Source of the DNA: Chloroflexota bacterium
Lineage (GTDB): Bacteria; Chloroflexota; Limnocylindria; Limnocylindrales; CSP1-4
Reading direction: 5' to 3'
Length of the DNA: 64,000 nucleotides
Assembly: GCA_042408445.1 (NCBI GenBank)
Contig: JBHORC010000023.1
Coordinates: 11,920-75,919 of the forward strand
In this document: one piece after another, positions 54,016 through 63,308 of the stretch
Layout: each line of letters begins with the position of its first letter
Position numbering within the stretch: the first letter of the stretch is position 1
Program-made: the position numbers and the translations under genes
Notes under the pieces: model-generated
What the model saw: only the letters and a program-made list of their open reading frames with translations
Told to the model about the DNA's origin: nothing
Databases searched by the model: none

Positions 54016-54534
54016 ATGCGGATCGCCGTCGTCTCGGACACCCACCTGCCGCGGTTCGGGCGAGCCCTGCCTCGCGCCCTCCGGGACGGGATCCACGCCG
54101 CACGAGCCGACCTGATCCTGCATCTCGGCGACTTCACCGGCCCCGAGGTCCCGGAGCTGTTCGAGGCGCTCGGGCCCTTCGACGCCGTTGCGGGCAACAA
54201 CGACGACGAAGGCCTGGTCGCCCGGTTCGGCCGGCGGAAGGTCGTCCAGGTCGGCGCGGTCCGTCTGGGCCTCACCCACGGCGATCTCGGCGTCGGCCGC
54301 ACGACACCGCGTCGCGCCGCGAGCGCCTTCGGGCCGGACGAGGTCGAGATCGTCCTCTTCGGCCACAGCCACATCCCGCTCGTCCAGCGGCTCGACGACG
54401 GCCGCTGGCTCGTGAACCCCGGCTCGCCCACGGACCGGCGCCGCCAGCCGCGCTATTCGTGGGCCCAGATCGAGATCGCGTCGAGGGCCGACATTCGACC
54501 GGAGCTCCGCTTCTTCGACGACCGATCTCCCTGA
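54016..54534 (+). CDS. YfcE/MJ0936-type metallophosphoesterase
   Basis: MRIAVVSDTHLP, HLGDF, AGNND, FGHSH and NPGS. Confidence 0.8.
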   Translation: MRIAVVSDTHLPRFGRALPRALRDGIHAARADLILHLGDFTGPEVPELFEALGPFDAVAGNNDDEGLVARFGRRKVVQVGAVRLGLTHGDLGVGRTTPRRAASAFGPDEVEIVLFGHSHIPLVQRLDDGRWLVNPGSPTDRRRQPRYSWAQIEIASRADIRPELRFFDDRSP

Positions 54535-54630
54535 CGACGGCGATCAGACCGGGTCGTCGCGAGCCGGAACCGGCCGCTTCGGCGACGATGTCGCCTTCGC
54601 CCGCCCAAACCGCATCGTCAGGAGCCGCTG

Positions 54631-55152
54631 GTGGACATCGACCTGTCGCAGATCCTCGCCCCGGATACACCGGTCCTCGAGATCGTCATCCGGGGGACGA
54701 TCGTCTATCTCGCCCTCTTCCTGCTGCTCCGGCTGACCGGCAAACGGCAGACCGGAGGGGTGGGCGTGTCGGACCTGCTCGTGATCGTGCTGATCGCCGA
54801 CGCGGCGCAGAACGCCATGGCCGGCCAGTACAACTCGGTCAGCGACGGGATCATCCTGGTCGCGACGATCATCTTCTGGGCCTACGCCATCGACTGGCTG
54901 GGCTACCACGTGCCCCGCGTCGAGCGGTTCGTCCATCCGGACCCGCTGCTCCTCATCGAGAACGGACGCACGCTCCCGAAGAACCTTCGCTCGGAGCTGC
55001 TGACCCACGAGGAGCTGATGTCCGAGCTGCGGGCGCAGGGTGTCGATTCGATCTCCGCCGTGTCTCGCGCCTACCTGGAGGGCAACGGCCAGCTGACCGT
55101 TGTCAAGCAGGACGGGAGCTCCGAGCCGAAGCCCAAGAAGCAGATGGGGTGA
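54631..55152 (+). CDS. DUF421 (YetF-like) membrane protein
   Basis: AGGAG RBS and GTG 54631. LLRLTGKRQ...DLLVIVLIADAAQNAM. Confidence 0.65.
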   Translation: MDIDLSQILAPDTPVLEIVIRGTIVYLALFLLLRLTGKRQTGGVGVSDLLVIVLIADAAQNAMAGQYNSVSDGIILVATIIFWAYAIDWLGYHVPRVERFVHPDPLLLIENGRTLPKNLRSELLTHEELMSELRAQGVDSISAVSRAYLEGNGQLTVVKQDGSSEPKPKKQMG

Positions 55153-55781
55153 CGGACGCCCCTGGCCCCGCGGTCGTCTTCGATCTCGGCGGCGTCCTCA
55201 TCGACTGGGATCCCCGCTACCTCTATCGCTCCATCTTCGACGACGAGGCGCGGATGGAGACGTTCCTCGCCACGGTCACGACGAGGGAATGGAACCTCGC
55301 CCAGGACGCCGGACGGCCCTGGTCGGAGGCCGTCGAGGAGCTCGCAACCCGGTATCCGGAGTGGCGCGACGAAATTCACGCCTACTGGCAGCGGTGGCCC
55401 GAGACGCTCGGTGACGCGATCGAGCCGACCGTCGAGATCCTCGCCGAGCTTCGCGCCGCCGGTGTCCCGCTCTACGCATTGAGCAACTGGTCCGCGGAAA
55501 CCTTCTCGTTCGCCGAGGGCCGCTATCCGTTCCTGGCGTGGTTCGCCGGGATCGTTGTCTCCGGCTTCGAGCGGCTCGTGAAGCCGGACCCGCGGATCTT
55601 CCGGGTCCTCCTGGACCGGTACGGGCTCGACGCCGGCGACACGATCTTCGTCGACGACCAGCCGGCGAACGTGGAGGCCGCGCGCGGCGTCGGGATGCAC
55701 GCCCTCCGGTTCGTCGACGCGCCGACGCTCCGAGCGGACCTCGCAACGTTCGGGCTCCTGGAGCCGGCCGACGGGTCGTGA
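55149..55781 (+). CDS. HAD-superfamily hydrolase
   Basis: VVFDLGGVLIDW, LSNWS, KPDPRIF and FVDDQPANVEAA. GTGA overlap with the upstream gene. Confidence 0.8.
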   Translation: MTDAPGPAVVFDLGGVLIDWDPRYLYRSIFDDEARMETFLATVTTREWNLAQDAGRPWSEAVEELATRYPEWRDEIHAYWQRWPETLGDAIEPTVEILAELRAAGVPLYALSNWSAETFSFAEGRYPFLAWFAGIVVSGFERLVKPDPRIFRVLLDRYGLDAGDTIFVDDQPANVEAARGVGMHALRFVDAPTLRADLATFGLLEPADGS

Positions 55782-55837
55782 GCCATGCCGGCGGCTGCTA
55801 TTCTCCCGCCGTCCCGTCGCCCCCGAGGAAGCACCGC

Positions 55838-56680
55838 TTGCGGCTGTCGCGCCGGCCCCCCGGCCACCCTCGTTCGAGTCGCACCACGCCCGTCGCGCTG
55901 ATCGGGCTTCTGGCCGTCGTCCTCGTCGCGGTCCTGGGCGGCTGCGACGTCCTGACCGCCCAGGTCACGCCCGTTCCCAGCCGCGTGTCCCGGACCCCCG
56001 AACCGCTTCCGACCGACGAGCCCGCCGAGTCGGACGAGGTGCCGACCCCGAGGCCCGAGGCGTCCGGCGGGGCGCCGGACTTCGTCGACGGCGCGGACGG
56101 ATTGAGCGATCTCGACTCGTACCGGGTGGCGGTGGTCAGCACCGGTCTCGTGCCCGCGAGCACCCCGGACGGCAAGGTGTCGATGACCTCGACGATCATC
56201 CAGACCGAGAACCCCGCCGCGCAGTTCACGATGATCGGCGTCGACGGTCTGGACGGGGGCCGTCTCGATGCGATCGTGATCGGCGATGAGGCGTGGCTGA
56301 AGCCCGGCGGCGGTCGCTGGCAGAAGAGTCCCGGCGGCGCCGCGGATTTCGACGCCGCGTTCACCGCGCTGTCGCCGACCGACCTCGCAGCCGGGTTCGA
56401 GAGCCTCGCGAGCGCGATCGTGAAGATCGGCCCCGAGAAGAAGAATGGCGTCGCGACCGTCCACTACCGGGCGGACTCCGGCGACGCGGATGCGGCCGCG
56501 GCGGGCCTGACCAGCGGGTCGGCGGATCTCTGGCTGGCCCGGAGCGGCGGCTACCTCGTCGCACTCCTCGTCAACGGCGACTGGGACATCGACGGCGTGC
56601 CCACGCCCGTCACGCTCAGGATCGACGTGACCCACGTGAACGACCGGGCGAACAGGGTGAAGCCGCCCGCCGGAAGTTGA
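55838..56680 (+). CDS. lipoprotein, unknown function
   Basis: TTG 55838 (uncertain) and an AVLGGC lipobox, followed by a Pro/Glu-rich linker. Confidence 0.5.
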   Translation: MRLSRRPPGHPRSSRTTPVALIGLLAVVLVAVLGGCDVLTAQVTPVPSRVSRTPEPLPTDEPAESDEVPTPRPEASGGAPDFVDGADGLSDLDSYRVAVVSTGLVPASTPDGKVSMTSTIIQTENPAAQFTMIGVDGLDGGRLDAIVIGDEAWLKPGGGRWQKSPGGAADFDAAFTALSPTDLAAGFESLASAIVKIGPEKKNGVATVHYRADSGDADAAAAGLTSGSADLWLARSGGYLVALLVNGDWDIDGVPTPVTLRIDVTHVNDRANRVKPPAGS

Positions 56681-56707
56681 TCGCCGGCCGAAACGTCGGC
56701 GGGGTGC

Positions 56708-57424
56708 GTGCCGTCGCCCGCTGATCCGGGCAACGCCCACGCTGGTCCGGTGACGCCCAAGACGCAGCGGCCCCTCGATCCCGTGCCCCTCGATCATCCC
56801 GCGCGATCCATCGCTCCGGGCGAGGGCCTCGACCGCGCACGCTTGGTCGCCGTCGGCTGCACCGCCTGCGACCTGTACGCCCGTGCGACGCAGACGGTCT
56901 TCGGCGAGGGTCGCCCGCAGGCGCCGCTCATGCTCGTCGGGGAGCAGCCCGGCGATCGCGAGGATCTCGCGGGCCGCCCGTTCGTCGGGCCGGCCGGGGC
57001 GATGCTCGATCGTGCCCTCGTCGACGCGGGGATCGATCGTGAGCACGTCTTCGTGACGAACGTCGTGAAGCACTTCAAGTGGAAGCCGACCGCGGGCGGC
57101 AAGCGGCGCCTCCACGAGCGGCCGAACCAGGCAGAGATCCGGGCATGCCGGCCGTGGCTGGACCTGGAGACCGAGATCGTCCGTCCGGAGCTCCTCGTCG
57201 CCCTCGGCGCCACCGCTGCGCAGGCCGTGATCGGACGCGACTTCCGGATCACCGAGCAGCGCGGCCAGCTCCTGCCCGCGGTGAACGGCGGGCCGCGGCT
57301 CCTCGCGACGTTCCACCCGTCGGCGATCCTCCGGGCCCGCACGCCGGAGGATCGCGAGCGGATGCTCGCCGCGCTGGTCGGCGACCTGTCGATCGCGGCG
57401 GACGTCATCGCCGGGGCCGCGTGA
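56708..57424 (+). CDS. family-4-type uracil-DNA glycosylase, UdgX-like subclass
   Basis: GCTACDLY, MLVGEQPGDRED, FVGPAG, the insertion loop HFKWKPTAGGKRRLHERP and FHPSAILR. Start is uncertain (GTG 56708 or 56750). Confidence 0.75.
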   Translation: MPSPADPGNAHAGPVTPKTQRPLDPVPLDHPARSIAPGEGLDRARLVAVGCTACDLYARATQTVFGEGRPQAPLMLVGEQPGDREDLAGRPFVGPAGAMLDRALVDAGIDREHVFVTNVVKHFKWKPTAGGKRRLHERPNQAEIRACRPWLDLETEIVRPELLVALGATAAQAVIGRDFRITEQRGQLLPAVNGGPRLLATFHPSAILRARTPEDRERMLAALVGDLSIAADVIAGAA

Positions 57425-57458
57425 CTGCCCGCGACGGGTTGGCTGGTATCGTCCCTTC

Positions 57459-58244
57459 GTGGACCACATCGCCGTTCGGGAGCGTCTCGCGGGCCCGGAC
57501 CTCGCCCCGATCGACACCCCGGAGCTCCGGCCGCTGGAGGCGGAGTGGTTCGGCCGGATCGGGTACCGGGACGCGTGGGCGCTCCAGAAGGACGCCGCCG
57601 CCGCGCGCGCCGAGGACCGGATCCCGGACCGCCTGTTCCTCCTCGAGCACGAGCCGGTCCTGACGCTCGGCCGCCAGGCGGACGAGTCCCACGTCCGCGC
57701 CTCCGCGGACGAGCTGCAGCGACGCGGCATCGAGGTGATCCGTGTCGAACGAGGCGGCGAGGTCACCTACCACGGACCCGGCCAGCTGGTCGCGTATCCG
57801 ATCATCGCGCTGTCCCGGCGCGGGCTGATGCTTCGCCCGCTGGTCCGCGCTCTCGAGGCGGCGATGATCGACACGTGCGCTGCGTTCGGAGTCGCGGCGA
57901 TTCGCCGCGACGGCCATCCTGGCTGCTGGGTCGACGGCAGCGAGGCCGCGGCCGCCGGACCTGTTGGCCTCGTCCACGCCGGTCCCGCCCGAAAGATCGG
58001 CGCCCTCGGCATCCGCGTGGAGCGAGGGGTCTCGTACCACGGGATCGCCCTGAACGTCGATCCGGACCTCCGTGACTTCGAGCTCATCGACGCCTGCGGC
58101 ATGCCCGGCGTGGTGTCGACCTCGATCGCCCGCGAAGCCGGTCGGCCGGACGAACCGCCATCGACGGACGCCGTCGAGCGGGCGGCCCACGTCTTCGCGA
58201 CCGCCTTCGCCCACCGGATCGGCGCCGAGCTCGAGCTCTCGTGA
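57459..58244 (+). CDS. lipB: octanoyltransferase
   Basis: LLEHEPVLTLGR, RGGEVTYHGPGQLV and KIGALGIRVERGVSYHG. Confidence 0.85.
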   Translation: MDHIAVRERLAGPDLAPIDTPELRPLEAEWFGRIGYRDAWALQKDAAAARAEDRIPDRLFLLEHEPVLTLGRQADESHVRASADELQRRGIEVIRVERGGEVTYHGPGQLVAYPIIALSRRGLMLRPLVRALEAAMIDTCAAFGVAAIRRDGHPGCWVDGSEAAAAGPVGLVHAGPARKIGALGIRVERGVSYHGIALNVDPDLRDFELIDACGMPGVVSTSIAREAGRPDEPPSTDAVERAAHVFATAFAHRIGAELELS

Positions 58245-59248
58245 CGGCCGGCCTCTTCGAGCTGCGCAAGGACGCGATCACCGGATGGTGGGTCGCGACG
58301 ATCGTCGATCGCGCCTTCGACCGGTCCCGCTTCGCTCGCGCTGCCGATCCGGTCGATGACGGTGGCGATTGCCAGAACTGCCGTCTCCCGGCCGGGGAGG
58401 GGATCCGGCTTCGGACGCTGAAGGATTTCGCGTTTCACGTCGTGGGAACGGACGCGGAGGCGCGGGAGCTCGAGGCGAGCGTCGCCCAGGTGTCGCTGAC
58501 GAACGCCCGGGCGAGCGGCAGCTGGCGGACCATCGTCGCTCCGCCGGGCGAGCATCGGGCCCTGCACGCCGTCGGAACCGAGATGGTCAACGGCCTCCTG
58601 ACCGAGGTCCGTTCCGCGCTCGCCGACGCGCGCCGCACGGCCCAGACGGACCATCTGCAGGTCGTCCAGAACTGGGGCGCCCAGGCAGGCGCCCGGACGA
58701 ACCATCTCTGCCTCGACCTCTACGACCTGCCCCAGATCCCGCACCGGATCGCCGAGGAGCTGGGCGGCGCCGCACGGTTCGTGATCCGGGAGGGCGAATG
58801 CCCGTGGTGCCGACTCGTCCGCGAAGAGCCGAACCGGCCGGAGCGGCTGATCTGGCAGGACAACGACTCCGTCGCCTTCGCGCCGTACGCGTCGCGCTCG
58901 CCGTTCGAGGTCTGGATCGTGCCGCGTCACCACGAGGCGGACTTCGGGCGGGCGACGGATCGCGATGTCGCCGCCGCGGGGGAGGCGCTTCGCCAGGTGC
59001 TCGCCGCGCTGTCATCGGCCCTCGACGGCCCGCCGTACAACCTCGTTCTGCACACCGCGCCCCTCCGCGAGCAGGTCGACGCCACGTACCACTGGCACTG
59101 GGAGATCCACCCGCGCCTCCGCGAGATCGCCGGACTGGAGCTGGGCACGGGGCTGCCGGTCAATCCCGTGTCCCCGGAGGACGCCGTCGAGGAGCTCGTT
59201 GCCCGCGCGCAACGCGTTCGCGTCGCCGCGCTGGAGGCGAGCGGGTAA
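58241..59248 (+). CDS. galactose-1-phosphate uridylyltransferase (GalT/HIT-like) family protein, specificity unknown
   Basis: CQNCRL, ECPWCRL, PFEVWIVPRHH and YHWHWEIHPR histidine-triad-like motifs. GTGA overlap with lipB. Confidence 0.6.
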   Translation: MTAGLFELRKDAITGWWVATIVDRAFDRSRFARAADPVDDGGDCQNCRLPAGEGIRLRTLKDFAFHVVGTDAEARELEASVAQVSLTNARASGSWRTIVAPPGEHRALHAVGTEMVNGLLTEVRSALADARRTAQTDHLQVVQNWGAQAGARTNHLCLDLYDLPQIPHRIAEELGGAARFVIREGECPWCRLVREEPNRPERLIWQDNDSVAFAPYASRSPFEVWIVPRHHEADFGRATDRDVAAAGEALRQVLAALSSALDGPPYNLVLHTAPLREQVDATYHWHWEIHPRLREIAGLELGTGLPVNPVSPEDAVEELVARAQRVRVAALEASG

Positions 59249-59429
59249 TGGGTTGCACGCCGGGGCGGGGACGGCGTCACACCACTCAGCAGCACGGCGT
59301 CTCTTGGGCCAGGAGCGGGCGCCCAACCTTGCTCGCCTCCGCCCCGCGTCCGCGACATCCGGAGGATCCATGGTCGGCGCCCTCGACAACCAGATCGGCA
59401 TGGGCCGGGGGTTCGTTGGGGGAGCGACG

Positions 59430-60020
59430 ATGAGCGGTGCCTGGGAGCAGGACGCGGCCGCCGGCTTTGTCGAGGCGCTGTTCGCCGCGCATCACGGCGA
59501 GATCTACGCGTATCTGATCCGGATGCTGCGCGATCCGGAGCTCGCCGCGGACCTGACGCAGGACGCGTTCATCAAGGCCTACCGCAACTACGACGCCCTC
59601 GAGAAGCCCGAGAACGCGCGCGCCTGGCTCTACCAGATCGCCCATCGGGTCGCGCTCGACCACATCCGCCGCCAGAAGATCATCCGGTTCCTGCCATGGA
59701 CCGGAGAGAGTCGCGGTGCGGCGCCCTCGACGGAGCGGCTCGTCATGGACGCGCATCTGTCCGGCGACATGCAGCGGGCGCTCGCCCGGATCCCGGAGCG
59801 TCAGCGCGCCGCGCTCCTCCTGGCCGAGCTCCACGACCTCACCGGTCTCGAGCTGGCCGCGGCCCTGGGCGTGAGCCACGTTGCCGCCCGCGCACTCCTC
59901 ACCCGTGCCCGCGATAGCCTCCGCCAGGCGCTCGCAACGGAACGCGAAGCGGAAGCAGCCGCTGACGCCGAGGCGGATGCCCGAAGCGCCGCGAACCAGC
60001 CGCCGCGAGGCGCCCGATGA
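59430..60020 (+). CDS. ECF-type RNA polymerase sigma factor
   Basis: GGGGGAG RBS. DLTQDAFIKAYR (region 2) and LTGLELAAALGVSHVAARALLTRAR (region 4). Confidence 0.85.
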   Translation: MSGAWEQDAAAGFVEALFAAHHGEIYAYLIRMLRDPELAADLTQDAFIKAYRNYDALEKPENARAWLYQIAHRVALDHIRRQKIIRFLPWTGESRGAAPSTERLVMDAHLSGDMQRALARIPERQRAALLLAELHDLTGLELAAALGVSHVAARALLTRARDSLRQALATEREAEAAADAEADARSAANQPPRGAR

Positions 60021-61909
60021 GCGGCCGGGACGGCACCGGATCGGAGGCGGGCGCCGGCGTCCACGCTCGAGCCCGCCTCGCCATCTCGGATCGGCTTCAT
60101 CATCTCCTGTCCGAGAGCGAATCTCGCTGGCTCGACGAGCACCTCGCGGGCTGCCCGAAGTGCCGCTCCGACGCCGCGGCCTACGAGGCCGATCGGGCGG
60201 CCCTTCGCCAGCTCCGAACCGATCTCCCCGTTCCTCCCCGCGATCTCTGGGCGCGGACGTCCGCGGCCATCGAGCGGGAATCTGGCTTCCGGGACCGGCT
60301 ACGGATCGCCGGCCGCGGCCGGCGCCTCGCGTCACCTCCCACCGTGTTCGTTGCCGCGCTCGTCGCGGTGGTCGTCGTCGGGACGCTGACCTCCTCCCGG
60401 CTTCCCGGCGGCGACCACCCGACCGCGCAATCCGCCGGCGCGGTCGCCCTCGGCACCTCGGTCGCGTCCGCCGTGACCGCGACGCCGATCCCGGTCGGCG
60501 GCCAGGTCCGATACGTGAGCCAGGGTCAGGACGGGACGTACCGCGTTCGGACCGTCGATGTGAAGGCGGTCTGCGCTACGAACGCCGCGGACTGTGGACC
60601 GGCCGCCGCCGTCGATGACCAGCCGGTCGCGCTGACGTCGGAGCCGCGATCGGTCTTCGGGTCGCAGAACACGAACCAGCTGATCGTCGTGGACGAGGCG
60701 GCGCCCGGTCACGTGGCGACGATCTCGGTCGTGGCCGTCGCAACCGCACGGCCGGATGCCACGCCATCGGCGAGCGACCTCGCGACGGCAAGCGCCGACG
60801 GCGGCACGCAACCCCCGGCGACGCCCATCCCGACGGTCACCCTTCGGCCCATCGACAGCCCCCGGACCACGCCGTCCCCGGCGCCCGCAACCGGGACGCC
60901 GGCGCCGCCGCCATCGTCGTCCCCTCGCACCGCGTCACCCTCGTCGTTCGCCAGCCCGTCGGCGACGGTGACGAACGCGCCATCGATCGAGGCCAGCTTC
61001 CCGTCCGTCATCCCGGTCTCGCCCTCGCCGACGCCCGGCGGCCCGGTCCTGATCGCCCAGGACGTCGTGATGGTCGGCCAGTCCGCCGCGTACTCGCCGA
61101 GCGGGACCTGGTTCGCCTTCACCGCTCGGCCATCGGACAGCTCCCTGGGCTCGGACATCTACGTCTGGAAGGTCGGCGATCGCGCGGCGCGGGCGGTGAC
61201 GACCGACCATCGGTCGTCGTTCGCCTCGTGGCTCGCCGACGACATCGCGGTCGGCAGCACGGTCGTCGACGTTGCCGCGGCGGACGGGAGCAGCGACGTC
61301 CATCAGGAGGCGATCTCGTACCTGCTGGACCCCGCGACCGGTGGCCAGGTCCCCGAACCGCAGACCGGTCGAACGTGGCGGCCGTCCGTGGACCCGACCG
61401 GCCATCGGGCGATCTACTGGACCGGGTCGCTGCGGAAGGCAGCCGACTCCGCGGTCTACCTTCCCGACGCGGGACGCCTCGTCGTCGGAGACTGGAACAC
61501 CGGCAGCTCTGCGCCGACAGACACGCCGACCGCCACCTCGCTCGCGACGGACCAGGCGGACGAGCGCCACGAGACTACGGTGGCCGCCGGGCGCATGGCG
61601 GACTGGGATGCTCGGTGGGATCCGACCGGATCGAAGGTCGCCGTCTGGATCGCCGATTCCCAGGATCCGAACGTCGGACACCTCAGCCTCTACGCCGTCA
61701 ACGAGGACGGCCGGCTCGACCTCCGCAAGCCGATCCTCGACGCAGTCCGGGCGAATGCAGGCTTCTCGATCTCGGCCGGGAAGCTCGTCTGGGCGGCACC
61801 GTCGTCCGATGGGTCCGAGGCGGGCGGCAGGATCCTCGTCCTCGCCTGGACGGACCATGGCGCGGGCACGATCGAGACGCTGCCGGACCGCGTCGTCGTC
61901 ATCCGCTGA
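60017..61909 (+). CDS. anti-sigma factor (zf-HC2), single TM, Pro/Ser/Thr linker, large extracytoplasmic beta-rich domain
   Basis: HLAGCPKC motif, TM segment VFVAALVAVVVVGTL and an ATGA overlap with the sigma gene. Confidence 0.7.
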   Translation: MSGRDGTGSEAGAGVHARARLAISDRLHHLLSESESRWLDEHLAGCPKCRSDAAAYEADRAALRQLRTDLPVPPRDLWARTSAAIERESGFRDRLRIAGRGRRLASPPTVFVAALVAVVVVGTLTSSRLPGGDHPTAQSAGAVALGTSVASAVTATPIPVGGQVRYVSQGQDGTYRVRTVDVKAVCATNAADCGPAAAVDDQPVALTSEPRSVFGSQNTNQLIVVDEAAPGHVATISVVAVATARPDATPSASDLATASADGGTQPPATPIPTVTLRPIDSPRTTPSPAPATGTPAPPPSSSPRTASPSSFASPSATVTNAPSIEASFPSVIPVSPSPTPGGPVLIAQDVVMVGQSAAYSPSGTWFAFTARPSDSSLGSDIYVWKVGDRAARAVTTDHRSSFASWLADDIAVGSTVVDVAAADGSSDVHQEAISYLLDPATGGQVPEPQTGRTWRPSVDPTGHRAIYWTGSLRKAADSAVYLPDAGRLVVGDWNTGSSAPTDTPTATSLATDQADERHETTVAAGRMADWDARWDPTGSKVAVWIADSQDPNVGHLSLYAVNEDGRLDLRKPILDAVRANAGFSISAGKLVWAAPSSDGSEAGGRILVLAWTDHGAGTIETLPDRVVVIR

Positions 61910-62022
61910 TCGGGCGGTCGCGAAACCCGGCGCGGAAGGCGGTCTCGACGAGACGGTCCGGCGGACCGTCAGGCGCCACGGGGCCCACGAGGGCGTCCGA
62001 ATCGCGCTAAGGTCCGCGGATC

Positions 62023-62583
62023 GTGCGACCAACCCGTCTGGTCGCGGGCGCGGCGCTCACCGCCGCCCTCGCCCTGGGTTCGTTGCCGGCCATCGCGGCA
62101 TCTGCTGGGCCTGTGCCCGCCGCCGTCGTGGACCCGGCGACGTTCCAGTCCTTGAACAGCAACGCGTTCGCGACCGTCGGAGCCACGACGGTGTCCGTCG
62201 ATTCGCGGTTCGCCGGACAGGGCCGTGTCGATGCCACGACGACCTTCACGGAACCCGGCACGGCGCCGGCGATCGTCGTTCGTGGCCGCCCCAGCGTCAC
62301 GCTCCCCGGGGCCCACAGCGGTTCGGCGCTCAAGCCGCCGCGCTACACGCTGACGGGCGTCGCGACCTTTTACGGCAACGGGACCACGGCGATGCGCCTG
62401 CCGCGCGGCACGACGATCGTCGTGTGCGGCGGCGGTGGCTGCCTCGAGCGGATCGTGACGGACTACGGTCCGGTCCTGTCCTCGAAGAACCGGATCATCG
62501 ACCTCTACACGCCGGACTTCTTCGCCGTCTGCGGTTGTCCCTCATGGTCGGGGACGACCAGGGTGACTGTCTCGGTCTACTGA
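62023..62583 (+). CDS. secreted RlpA-like double-psi beta-barrel protein
   Basis: Signal peptide, then TGVATFYGNG...VVCGGGGCLERIVTDYGP...IDL. Confidence 0.65.
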   Translation: MRPTRLVAGAALTAALALGSLPAIAASAGPVPAAVVDPATFQSLNSNAFATVGATTVSVDSRFAGQGRVDATTTFTEPGTAPAIVVRGRPSVTLPGAHSGSALKPPRYTLTGVATFYGNGTTAMRLPRGTTIVVCGGGGCLERIVTDYGPVLSSKNRIIDLYTPDFFAVCGCPSWSGTTRVTVSVY

Positions 62584-62747
62584 CGGCGGCTCGCTGCGGG
62601 GCGTTGGCCCCACGCGCCACTCGTCGCCCGCTCCCGGCCCTTGGTCGCAGCCCGCTCGGGCCCGCCGTGTCGCGGTATCCTGATCGCGACCCCTTCGGAC
62701 GGCCCCGTGAGGCCGCATGAGCGCCCAGCGAGGCCCGGGAAGGAGCG

Positions 62748-63308
62748 ATGAGCGGCCGCCAGATCATGACCGCCGACGAGATCCGTCGAGCCGTCGTCCG
62801 GATCTCGCATGAGATCGTCGAGAAGCAGGCCGGAACCGCCGGTCTCGCGCTCGTCGGCATCCGGCGCCGCGGCGTCCCGCTCGCCCGCCGGATCGCGGCC
62901 GCGATCGACGAGAACGAGTCGACGACGATCCCGGTCGGCGCCCTGGACATCACCTTCTACCGCGATGACCTGTCGCTCGTCGCGCAGCAGCCGATCGTCA
63001 AGGGCACGGACCTTCCCTTCGACCTCAACGGCTCCACGATCGTCCTCGTCGACGACGTCCTCTACACCGGCCGAACGATCCGGGCCGCGATGGACGCCCT
63101 CGTCGACTTCGGCCGGCCGCAGGCCATTCGACTGGCCGTGCTCGTGGATCGTGGCCATCGCGAGCTCCCGATCCGGGCGGATCATGTCGGCAAGAACGTC
63201 CCGACCTCCCGCGAGGAGGTCGTCCGCGTCCACCTCGAGGAGATCGACCGGGAAGACGCGGTCCTGATCGATCGCGCGGCCGAACGGACCGCGGCGCCGG
63301 TCGGATGA
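62748..63308 (+). CDS. pyrR: bifunctional pyrimidine operon regulator / uracil phosphoribosyltransferase
   Basis: [25 protein letters not shown] and [16 protein letters not shown]. Confidence 0.9.
   Translation: MSGRQIMTADEIRRAVVRISHEIVEKQAGTAGLALVGIRRRGVPLARRIAAAIDENESTTIPVGALDITFYRDDLSLVAQQPIVKGTDLPFDLNGSTIVLVDDVLYTGRTIRAAMDALVDFGRPQAIRLAVLVDRGHRELPIRADHVGKNVPTSREEVVRVHLEEIDREDAVLIDRAAERTAAPVG

Noticed and set aside
62584-62747. PyrR-binding attenuator RNA upstream of pyrR
   Set aside because: A small hairpin (GTCGCG...CGCGAC, about 62669-62688) and CCCUUCGGACGGCCCC are present. I could not match the UCCAGAGAGG-type PyrR loop consensus. An Rfam RF00515 scan would be needed.
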